A stretch of 64,000 nt of DNA, from positions 90,802 through 154,801 of the IMG/VR virus record IMGVR_UViG_3300043449_002688. One strand, 5' to 3'. This DNA comes from a virus. Below are positions 19,201-26,338 of this stretch, piece after piece. The notes beneath the pieces were generated by a model. The model was not told where the DNA came from. It made no database searches and was given only the letters and a program-made list of their open reading frames with translations. The translations under genes and the position numbers were made by a program. Numbering within the stretch: position 1 is the stretch's first letter; every line of letters begins with the position of its first letter.

Positions 19201-19776
19201 AATAATTCTATTTCCGCCTTGAGCTAAAACTACAGCCTCTCCAATATTATGAAATTTAGTAGTAGGAGAAGTTGGGGCAAGGTTAATAGACCAGAAAGCG
19301 CCGCCTGATTCAGGTTGTGCGCTTATGTAATCTAAAGGACCTTCAGAGTTAGCTGTTCCGCGTCCTATGTAAATTTTTCCAGTAGGACTAAAAGTAGATG
19401 CATCAGAAACGTATATAACAGATGAGCCAGCAATTGGAGCTGGTTGACCTGAATAAACTCTAGTGCTTCTTTTTTGAAAAGATGTATCTGTAATAGTTAC
19501 TTGGCCAGTAGCTGCAGTTGCGGCAAAAATTGGCACTTTTTTATCAGAAGCCAATCTTTGTAAAGCTTCACCACTAGCTCGATCTACTGAAAGAGCATCG
19601 ATCATCCCAATCATGTCTGCCGAAGCCTTGAACATATTTTGAGAAATTGCTTCTATAAGCTGAGCAAGAACTGAACTTTGGTTAAGGTCAATATCTTTTC
19701 TAAGTCTCGCAAGAATTCCGTCAATTAAATCGCCTGCAATTTGTTCTTTAGACCGTAGCTGTGGAATTTCAGACAT
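13201..19776 (-). CDS. giant baseplate J / wedge protein with inserted beta-rich and carbohydrate-binding modules
   Basis: Baseplate-J N-terminus (ASGEALQRLA...ATAATGQVT; G..GNV..G.I; G.DADTDDDIRARI) and C-terminus (VRAAG...YVNALGVG...IPGVVAV); two WS..TTY...V.Y.G..Y CBM5/12-like repeats. Confidence 0.8.
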   Translation of the reverse strand: MSEIPQLRSKEQIAGDLIDGILARLRKDIDLNQSSVLAQLIEAISQNMFKASADMIGMIDALSVDRASGEALQRLASDKKVPIFAATAATGQVTITDTSFQKRSTRVYSGQPAPIAGSSVIYVSDASTFSPTGKIYIGRGTANSEGPLDYISAQPESGGAFWSINLAPTSPTTKFHNIGEAVVLAQGGNRIINVGASVRTAPDVNGSPSVFKTTTKVTIIDGETTITNVPVKCEQPGTSGNVPRGAIKEAVGMSFSASIFNENAFINGKDADTDDDIRARIKSYEQAKAKGIISAIEYYSIGVIAKDELKKVASAKVIEYPDSTAALIFDDGTGYEPNFVGSKFETVVDEAVGGEIEVQLRQKPIAQATVQNYTPGPYNLENSPSLAVEINGVQTVHNFNIADFTVPSSATCFEVMSSINGNTSLNFNAATLNGGTSLALYPRDRDVNSIKVVDYTQGEDANDIFNFPKEEILTIRLYKNDIPLFQDGKVARIYTNLKSDWLVGISAGVTLSYIVDNTEEITVTFNNVDFQKIDPQASVSSTTSLETWAKVFNAKMPGVITTIVGERLAFTSARGVSSEASLLFTGGTLLPQIFNAEADLSSTGQQSDFTLNKQTGQIGFTIPLEPKDKITAGSQYARGNVTSAPLNGISSYGRIWFLMDGDSVNIPNKLNINSTLTFSKSGTKLTINSESLGGSPEGFDLAEKNDWLLVWANPDDPTVLKNFQGFWRIEEASLGQIIVDDGAVSRPISGSVTVNTNRIAIIRSSAPMQELNFTPGSLVDFINETKIQLSGVDAEIIGSKIRFSTISLDSNGEIFIAAMDQGGQALNLPLNVARKNIPSHYGFVAKTDSEVGFPSFTYGTLGTGIDGTTITVSNYKNLGGDEADFLEIVPKNNTTTETIIPESNKNERIFAVEYNDANNYLNYLPPSYLNPNLVPSTYNSNLPNFAKRSYIQSSDRYFLRSSYKFDSEDSSLVVADQDAQVKTYTLPVSRKLLVSGNSAPTQQDFSATDLESNLPLNSPSSFNGFVFDNFKVFRQANVNLTGDTFSLKMKAADFGPSGNKMRVGFIYPKSNDVTGLTHTLTASEVIDLAITLPIVEPRLPNWDNTTAFTIEKTTSGAKDILTFTYEVGTFTGFDVGAAEVHVGDVVNIGTTDFLAANKNITGKVTNVTPTSFTVEVPTGDYVSDKLYFTSLENKNGVITVETTAAHNAIKGQRIGLAGTVLSDGINSPINGTYAIDSIVNSTKFTVKAPSLGIGSNITYGVHSNNLVTITTSTAHNLSEGNVILVSNAGTPYNGLTAVYRVLGTNQFQYIKPGSTAGSINTGRVDFQSKAPSALTNITSITKVGNTVTVNTASTVGLLVGDIVRISNSDLADWSSATTYGVNDLVEYLGQTYISLQASNTNNIPSSATAYWQTTVESLNGTFTVNTYNSSMFTFTYPVGGNASATGGTYGECVDQGYLARCLGGQADENLQFGSCNTTAQDIVDYVATYLPNRALAEIGPDGTTEDIIDLSTEDILLSSGYISTTVTNLYIRSSSRFVRFATNTLLPKGADIKITIATPSYQSYSGSYVVIDSYYDPALAKNIIETQSSIIATSSSTNTIVGTVIGSTKYLMMSDGENSIKTTNLAAAQYDPMFQVKKSWVTEPEIGEEIRLVAVTSEQLVRFWNKLSVTGLSNVANINLSKYGKQLQISTKTFGTTGSIQIAGGTSNRVEIATSGSGRKVNNKLGAIQVPFETKKGLLPNQWVTIKNTVRQNKSLGFDTTTTLSLNNAGGWVDITGPGTFQTKRTITLNTTVKFKIEKHGDFMAYIPIAGSSLGLLAGGVKEGDWVRISEENATTDWSNSTTYAVDQRVFYAGTIYASLVNGNIGNLPDAANSTYWEKREFNKGNLGTFQVVRVFGNAFWIKNDNGVEEIAQVGDVNNINFYSYDSVMPGDVLNIATNILSPQNYGRYTVLGPADNNTPFPTPSRIYISPTFNQSISAALGGEYLNVNVEEKDPITLYKKVFAVGPTNASQATVLFNTPELMDKVSASLGATLSVSGKLGFNQSLNFGIDSYIYYQGLVKELNRIIYGDSSDPLTYPGVRAAGTDIDIKQAIVRRITAAFTVRVKTGVPFSEIRENVKAAIAGYVNALGVGQSVSISEMVSAANYIPGVVAVAVTSPSYSSANDLIPVAAFEKAYIVDPTADITVSLISN

Positions 19777-19811
19777 AAGCCTCTCGTTTTAATTTAGTGT
19801 GGAATACTAAA

Positions 19812-19820
19812 AAGATTAGG
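19812..19820 (-). promoter_or_regulatory. putative late promoter motif CCTAATCTT
   Basis: Overlaps the upstream TAA; 35 nt before the baseplate J start. Confidence 0.7.
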
Positions 19821-22800
19821 TTTTATTTTTTTTTGAAGTAACAGTAATTCTTGGTAATTCTGCCGAAATTGGCAATCTTATATCAGTATTTGTAATATTT
19901 AATAAACTGTTAATTGTAATAGCAGGACCGCTTTTTTGAATTTCTACCGCTACCAATCCTGCAAATCTAGGATCATTCTTAAAGCTTTCGTTTATTGAAT
20001 CAGCTATAGATTGAGCTTTAACTTCTGAAGTATTTTGTCCAATAAGATCTGGAATACCAAAATTAGGATCTTGCAATAAAGAATTTGAATTAGTTTTAAG
20101 AATCATGGTTGCTGCTTGAACTATATTCGTTAATCCTGCTGCGTATTTTATATCTCCTCCGCCAGTAAGAATTAAATCACCTTCGCTATTTAACAAAAAA
20201 TCTATTTTTGCTATTTTTGCTAAATTGTTTAAATCTTTTAATTCTGGGGTTATTTTATAAATAGGCTCTTGATCGGGAGGAAGATTAGATGGCATTGCTA
20301 TTATCATGTCTGAATTAACAGTATGGGGCTGATAAATTCTTATATAAGCATTATCTGACGGTTTGTAAGAGGTTATTGGAGTAAAATTGCCCGCTTCAAA
20401 AGTTATAAAAGTTTGAGCAGTATTAATTATATCGATTGATTTAATTTTTCTTATGCTTATCGTAGAAGTATTTGACCCAATTTTAACTATTTGTCCTACA
20501 TAAAGCTTTTCCCCAGAAGGTATAGAGATAGTATCTCCACTAAATGAGGCTAAAATTTTAACTTTTTTTCCTTCTTCATCTACGTATGGAGCTTTTAATT
20601 GATTTAATGCTGCTATTTCAATCCATTTTTCAGGATCTCCCAAATATTGGGTAGCTAATTGCTCTAAAGTTGCATTATAAGGAAAAGGAACATAAATTTT
20701 TGAAGTATATTCGCCTGAAAAAGTTAAACCTTCATTAGTAGCAAGATCTTTGTAATATGTATAATAATCTTCTTTATATTCTGAATTAGCAGAATCCATT
20801 AATTGAACAAAAGAATTTAATTGCATTATAATATTATTAAAATAGGAAAGCAGTTCAATGTCATTGGTTGATAATTTTTTCTTTACCAAAGGAGTTGAAA
20901 CTAGATTAACCCTGTTATAAGTTTTAGAAGCTCCACCCAATGCAGCAGAAATATAAGCGGCAAAGTTAGATGATTGTTTGATTAGGTTAATAAGATCTTC
21001 AGTTGTTTTATCTTTTGCGGCCTCAATTGCTTTAGTTATAGAAGCTCTTTGCTCGTCCGTAAGAGGCAATTCATCTATATTAATTTCTTCTAATAACGCT
21101 GCATTTGCAGTGGGGTCATCAAATATTTTTGATAAAGGGTCTGCTGTTTCCTGCTCTTTGCTTTCTTTTGGCACATTAGTAGGCTTATTTGATTCCTCGG
21201 CTTCCGCAGATTGATTTGCGCTAGCTTGTGCATTAGCTTCGTCGGTTTTTCCATTATCACTTGGAATACTTTCCCCAGTTTTAGTTTTAGCTTTGGGTAT
21301 TTTTACTGTAAATAATATAGGATTTGTAATTTTTTCTTTTAATCCACTATTGTAATATCCTTTAATTCTTAAATAATAAACACCGTTATCTTCTAATTGA
21401 TTGTCGGGGATTTCACTTTCGTTTATATTTTCCCAACCATTAATAGTTCCTTTATAAGTTGCAAAAAAACCAGTTGTTGTTTTTTTTCTCCAGTAGCTAT
21501 TAAATTGAATATTTTTTGAAATTTCAACATAAAAAAAATTAAAAGCACCTATTGCAGACCATTTAAAAGTTGGAGTTAAGCTTTCAACAATACTATTAGG
21601 AATAGTTATACTTACTGAATTTGTTTTATCCGCTTCAAGTTCTGCAATAGTTTCTGTACTGTAGCTAAGTCTAGTTCCTATAGGCTTAGCTTTAGGGTTA
21701 TTTTTAACATACTTATCCAATATTGAAGAATTTTGATTTATATATTTGCCAATTGGATCTGAAAGATCTTTAATAATACTTTCTTTAAAATCTCCTACAG
21801 AAAGTGCTACACCGGCTATATCTTTCATAAGAAGTAAAACTTCGCCTATAGGATTAATAAAAGTTTGCTTAATATCAGATCTTATTCCAGAAAGAATTTG
21901 TAATGAAGAAGATATTGCTCTACGGGCTTGGCTTATTCCAGCGATAATATTAGAAAGCTTATTTTTGTCAGTTGTAACAGACGATAAACGAGGTTTTACA
22001 AAAATATCTCCTGTTAATGGCGCTCGTCTCCAAGCTGTCAATTCAATACTATAGTTGTATTCTAAAGATCCTGCTACTTTTTGAATAGAATAGCTGTTTA
22101 ATGTACAATAATATTTTTCACGATCTTTTTTCATCCAAAAAGTTAAACGCCATTTATTGTTTTTGCTTTCTTTTTTTGCCGATATGTAAAAATCAAGAAA
22201 TCTTTTTAGATCATGAACAGTTGCAAATCCTGTTGATTTTAAAACTTCAGCATTTGCAGTAAACTTTCTAGTTAAAGGAGAGTTATAAAGATTTTGTTGT
22301 GGTCCCCCCTCCTCAAAAGCTGCAAACTTTTTAAATTGATTTACGGTATTCCCAGCAGCTTTTATAGTATTTTTAAAAGCATATTCTAAAATTGGAAAAT
22401 CAGAACTATTAGTGCTAGAAGAGCTTTTTAAAATCGGCCAAACCCCTGTAGTTCCGCTAATGCTAATTTTTCTTAAAGGAGCACCATTATGTGTTTCTAC
22501 AATACCTTTCATGGTAACTTCTGTTAAAGTTGCGGTAGGGGTTTGAATGCTGATTGCTGATGGATTTATAGGAAATGTATAAATTGCTGGAATCTTTTCT
22601 ATTTGAACAGTAGAGCCGTTTTGTTCAATCTGAAAACCATAACCATAGTCTGCATTAAAATCGTTTAAATCTAATTTAGCATAATTAAAAAAGTATGCTG
22701 CGTCAGAAAATCCATTATAATTAGGTCCAGTAACTATGCCAGTAAATGAATCTTCAAGAGGATTTTTTCCATATATAATGCCGTCTTTTTTGCTGATTGC

Positions 22801-22851
22801 ATTTGCGCCAGTCGGAATTTGTGGTGGTATTCTTGAAATATCGATTGCCAT
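19816..22851 (-). CDS. fused baseplate protein (tube-initiator-like N-terminus, LysM-like, gp25-like C-terminus)
   Basis: F.INP..I...ISISGTTG N-domain; TLEQLATQYLGDPEKWIEIAALN LysM-like; LLQDPNFG...IG...DPR gp25-like. Confidence 0.7.
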   Translation of the reverse strand: MAIDISRIPPQIPTGANAISKKDGIIYGKNPLEDSFTGIVTGPNYNGFSDAAYFFNYAKLDLNDFNADYGYGFQIEQNGSTVQIEKIPAIYTFPINPSAISIQTPTATLTEVTMKGIVETHNGAPLRKISISGTTGVWPILKSSSSTNSSDFPILEYAFKNTIKAAGNTVNQFKKFAAFEEGGPQQNLYNSPLTRKFTANAEVLKSTGFATVHDLKRFLDFYISAKKESKNNKWRLTFWMKKDREKYYCTLNSYSIQKVAGSLEYNYSIELTAWRRAPLTGDIFVKPRLSSVTTDKNKLSNIIAGISQARRAISSSLQILSGIRSDIKQTFINPIGEVLLLMKDIAGVALSVGDFKESIIKDLSDPIGKYINQNSSILDKYVKNNPKAKPIGTRLSYSTETIAELEADKTNSVSITIPNSIVESLTPTFKWSAIGAFNFFYVEISKNIQFNSYWRKKTTTGFFATYKGTINGWENINESEIPDNQLEDNGVYYLRIKGYYNSGLKEKITNPILFTVKIPKAKTKTGESIPSDNGKTDEANAQASANQSAEAEESNKPTNVPKESKEQETADPLSKIFDDPTANAALLEEINIDELPLTDEQRASITKAIEAAKDKTTEDLINLIKQSSNFAAYISAALGGASKTYNRVNLVSTPLVKKKLSTNDIELLSYFNNIIMQLNSFVQLMDSANSEYKEDYYTYYKDLATNEGLTFSGEYTSKIYVPFPYNATLEQLATQYLGDPEKWIEIAALNQLKAPYVDEEGKKVKILASFSGDTISIPSGEKLYVGQIVKIGSNTSTISIRKIKSIDIINTAQTFITFEAGNFTPITSYKPSDNAYIRIYQPHTVNSDMIIAMPSNLPPDQEPIYKITPELKDLNNLAKIAKIDFLLNSEGDLILTGGGDIKYAAGLTNIVQAATMILKTNSNSLLQDPNFGIPDLIGQNTSEVKAQSIADSINESFKNDPRFAGLVAVEIQKSGPAITINSLLNITNTDIRLPISAELPRITVTSKKNKT

Positions 22852-22904
22852 AATAATCTAAATCCTACAAACCCTTAAATACTTTAATTAATTGTTTAAT
22901 TCAT

Positions 22905-22913
22905 AAGATTAGG
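22905..22913 (-). promoter_or_regulatory. putative late promoter motif CCTAATCTT
   Basis: Intergenic copy upstream of 22851. Confidence 0.7.
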
Positions 22914-22914
22914 G

Positions 22915-23472
22915 TTATACTGGGATAAGGCATTTGCATAAATCAAAAACTGCCTCCCCTAAAGCTAAAGAAAGCGAATTCATGGCTGCGGCTGGCAATC
23001 CCAAGCTTGCTCCAGCGCTTATAATAATACCTTTTATAGATCCTAAACTGGGTAATTTAGGAGAAAGGCCAATTATTGAATTGATTATTTCTGTAAATAT
23101 TTTAAAAGGTATCATTGCAAAAAGTTCCAACATTTTCGGTATAGCAACTGGATTAAAATTTAAAATATTAGGAGTATTTAATGGACCAATTTTACCTAGA
23201 CTTACAGGGCCAACTGCTAAATTAGGAATAATCGCTGGAATTGCTAAAGTAGAAAGAAATGGTTTTAAAAACAAATCAAAGCTTGGTAAAGATGGTAGGT
23301 TTTCTGGGTTTGGAGGTAAAAAACTTAGAACGTAGCTAGCTCCAGCAGAAATAGACATAAAAAGACCGGCACATAAACTTGGTAATCCTGGTTCAGATAT
23401 TGAAGGAAAGGTAAAAGTAGGATTCATTTTTACTGTTATTTTGGAAACAAAACCATCTAAAGTACAATTCAT
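22915..23472 (-). CDS. Pro-rich hypothetical structural protein
   Basis: 185 aa, immediately downstream of the spike gene. Confidence 0.6.
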   Translation of the reverse strand: MNCTLDGFVSKITVKMNPTFTFPSISEPGLPSLCAGLFMSISAGASYVLSFLPPNPENLPSLPSFDLFLKPFLSTLAIPAIIPNLAVGPVSLGKIGPLNTPNILNFNPVAIPKMLELFAMIPFKIFTEIINSIIGLSPKLPSLGSIKGIIISAGASLGLPAAAMNSLSLALGEAVFDLCKCLIPV

Positions 23473-23474
23473 AT

Positions 23475-24215
23475 TTACTCCGTTTTAACTTTTTTGCTCA
23501 AAGCAGAATTTGGCATTGGTGTCATCGGTGGAGACGTAGGTGCTCCTAGATTACCAATGTGTGTATGGCTATCAAAAATAGCCTTAAAGCTTTCTCCTTT
23601 AACTAAAGATTCTGCCGCTGCTTTTCCTAATTTAATGGAAGATCCTTCTATATTTGTATTACCTTTTGCAGTTATATTACAATTGCCATTGATTGTAATA
23701 TTTGTATCGCCGCTAACATTTACTGTCCATTTATTTGCATTTATTGTTATACTCTTAGCTTCTTTATCTAAAACTATGTTATCTCCCGTAGAGTCATCTA
23801 TTACTATCTTATTAGTATTAACTTGAAAATTTGGCCCAGAATCCGATTTTACAGAATAATTAAAATTTTTATCAATACCAAATTCTACTTTGTTAAATCT
23901 AGTTAAAAGATATTTTCCTTTACTAGAATCTTGAGATTTAGGGTAAAATCTTCCTCCTCCCATAATTACGCCCATGTTTGGGTCTCCTTTTGGGAAAAGC
24001 ACGAATACATTTGTATTAACTGATAGAATTGCATCGGTATAATCATCTGCAGTAGCAAATTCATCTATACGGATTGCTCTGCAAGGCATTTGAGCATAGC
24101 TATCTCCAGTTATTAAAACTTCATATTCAGTTTGGTATTTAGTTCGGTTATTAACATGATTTATTGGAAAAACTTTGGTTATTTTACCAAAATAAAATTC
24201 ATTCATTCTTACCAT
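23475..24215 (-). CDS. baseplate central spike (gpV/gp5-like)
   Basis: N-terminal OB-like region, beta-helix repeats (V.G..NITI.G), C-terminal HTH(HxH)IGNLGAPTSPP metal-binding tip. Confidence 0.8.
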   Translation of the reverse strand: MVRMNEFYFGKITKVFPINHVNNRTKYQTEYEVLITGDSYAQMPCRAIRIDEFATADDYTDAILSVNTNVFVLFPKGDPNMGVIMGGGRFYPKSQDSSKGKYLLTRFNKVEFGIDKNFNYSVKSDSGPNFQVNTNKIVIDDSTGDNIVLDKEAKSITINANKWTVNVSGDTNITINGNCNITAKGNTNIEGSSIKLGKAAAESLVKGESFKAIFDSHTHIGNLGAPTSPPMTPMPNSALSKKVKTE

Positions 24216-24227
24216 AAGTTATTCCTT

Positions 24228-26330
24228 TTACTTTTTCTTATCGGTATTTGGGATTTTTTCACCAAAATCATCTCTATCTTTGGCTTCCCCAGTATTTTGA
24301 ACGTCTGTTCTACCTTTTAGGTCATAAATTGCATTTACAGAATCTGTAAATTGGCCAAAATTTCTTGGATATTGAGGTTGATCGTTTGGAGATTTTAATG
24401 ACCTTGCTAATATACCATTTTCTACTTCTAAAGTGGTAATAAAACTTTTTATTCCATTAGCATTTAAAGACGCTTGATGGTTGACTCCAGTAATATGAAA
24501 AACGATACCATTAAATTCAATATTATCACCTTCGCATATAGGTTCTTGAATCCCCATTAAAGTTATTGTTCCAGAAGGTTTTAAGTGACCATTAAATAGC
24601 CAATCAGCTCTCATTCTTGCAAAAACATTAGAAAGTGAACCAGTTTCACCAATTCTTATGTCATAAAGAGTTTCTTTAACATCAGCTCTTAATCCGCTTC
24701 TAGCTATATCTGATTCATCAGCAACAAAATTTTTATTAAAATATTGGGCTTGTTTAAACGTTTCTTGGTCCCAAATTTGTCCTACTGAATATTCTACAGA
24801 TGAAGCTCTTCCCCAAACTTGCACAAAATTTACTCGCCTATTTTCGTCTAATACAAAACTAAAAGATATAATTTTTTCGTCAGGTACAGTCCATCTAGGT
24901 AAATTACAATAAAAAGCTCTTTGCTTTAAAGGCAATCCAGCCCTAACTTCTTCTTCTTGCAATTGTTGTTTTTTTTCTGATTGTTCAATTAATTTTTTAT
25001 TTTTTTCTCGGTTTTCATCTAATTTTTTCTTTAAGGCATCAACATCTGGGCTTTTTTCTGTTCCTTTTGGCAAAGACTTAAGCGAAAAGGTAGTGGCTTT
25101 TCCATCTAATTTGTTATACATTCCAGTTCCAAAAGGCTTTTCTCTAACTATTAATGTAGGAACAATTTCATTAAATTTATTAACTCGTAAACAAGTGTAC
25201 ATTTCATTTACGACATCATTCAAAAATGAAGACATAATTTGCCATAAACTTCTGTTGTCCCAAATTGGTGGAATTTGCAAAGGAACAGAGCCTTTTGTAG
25301 AAAAAGGCGTTTTAAAAAAAACACTTGTTCTTCCTAAATTTGCAGAATCTGAATCTAAATTAGGAAAAAGAGACCGATGAAGCTCTTTATTTGTTTGGTA
25401 GGTTTGTAAACCAAGAATTACATTGTACATTTGCCACAGCTTGGTTTTATTTGGTCTTTTTAATATTTTAGCTACTTCTTTTGGAACTCCTATTGCATCG
25501 CTGAAGCTGCCGCTTAATCCTTGGATAACATTCACTACAGAATCTTCTTTATCTACTCCCATTATCAAAATAAACATTAAAGCTATCATTTCTTCTGGAG
25601 CGACTGCACCAGAACTTTTTGCTATACCTAAAAATTTATCAGCTATATTAGTCATAGCCTTTTCCATTCCATTTTTACCTTCTTGCTTAGAGTCAATTCC
25701 TAAAGATCTTAAATTTTGCTGGGTTAAAGCTTGAGAGCCTTCAGCTTTATTATCCGGATTTCCTCCAGTCATTAGTTCTTGTGCAATATAAGTATAATAA
25801 ACGGAATTAGCCATTTCTAAGAAAGCTTGACAAGAAACGTTTTGAGTTATGCTTATAACGCCATTTGATTGAACAGAAATAGCACTTCCTAATCCAATTA
25901 CTCTACCAACAAATTTTAACCCAGAGTTATAATGATTTGCAGACAACTTTTCATCATTTCTAACACTTTTGGCTAAAGTATAAACAATGTTCATTATATC
26001 GACCGATTCTTGCCTTGAATTAACCATCCAAACAAAAACCCAATCGCCAGGAGAAACAGCATTTTGATACCAAACCTCTCCAGTTCTCATGGTTAGATTA
26101 CAAGTTTTCGCAAAAGAAGATTTTTTATTGCTTATTGTAAGATTTATGCAATCGTTTTCTACGACCAAAAGTTTTTCAGTTGTTTTAAAAGCTTCACTGC
26201 TTTTACCAGAATACATAGCGCAAGGTTCTTCGAATCTTACAAAACAAACAATCCAATGCGGATTACGATTTACAACAGAAATCTCTCTATCTGAATTTTC
26301 TGAAGGTATGTTAATTTCTGGTCCGTTCAT
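24228..26330 (-). CDS. baseplate hub protein (gp27/gpD-like)
   Basis: Lies between tape measure and spike; GTITLMG...I..G..I......FHI.GV.H C-terminal pattern. Confidence 0.7.
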   Translation of the reverse strand: MNGPEINIPSENSDREISVVNRNPHWIVCFVRFEEPCAMYSGKSSEAFKTTEKLLVVENDCINLTISNKKSSFAKTCNLTMRTGEVWYQNAVSPGDWVFVWMVNSRQESVDIMNIVYTLAKSVRNDEKLSANHYNSGLKFVGRVIGLGSAISVQSNGVISITQNVSCQAFLEMANSVYYTYIAQELMTGGNPDNKAEGSQALTQQNLRSLGIDSKQEGKNGMEKAMTNIADKFLGIAKSSGAVAPEEMIALMFILIMGVDKEDSVVNVIQGLSGSFSDAIGVPKEVAKILKRPNKTKLWQMYNVILGLQTYQTNKELHRSLFPNLDSDSANLGRTSVFFKTPFSTKGSVPLQIPPIWDNRSLWQIMSSFLNDVVNEMYTCLRVNKFNEIVPTLIVREKPFGTGMYNKLDGKATTFSLKSLPKGTEKSPDVDALKKKLDENREKNKKLIEQSEKKQQLQEEEVRAGLPLKQRAFYCNLPRWTVPDEKIISFSFVLDENRRVNFVQVWGRASSVEYSVGQIWDQETFKQAQYFNKNFVADESDIARSGLRADVKETLYDIRIGETGSLSNVFARMRADWLFNGHLKPSGTITLMGIQEPICEGDNIEFNGIVFHITGVNHQASLNANGIKSFITTLEVENGILARSLKSPNDQPQYPRNFGQFTDSVNAIYDLKGRTDVQNTGEAKDRDDFGEKIPNTDKKK

Positions 26331-26338
26331 TTTATGCC

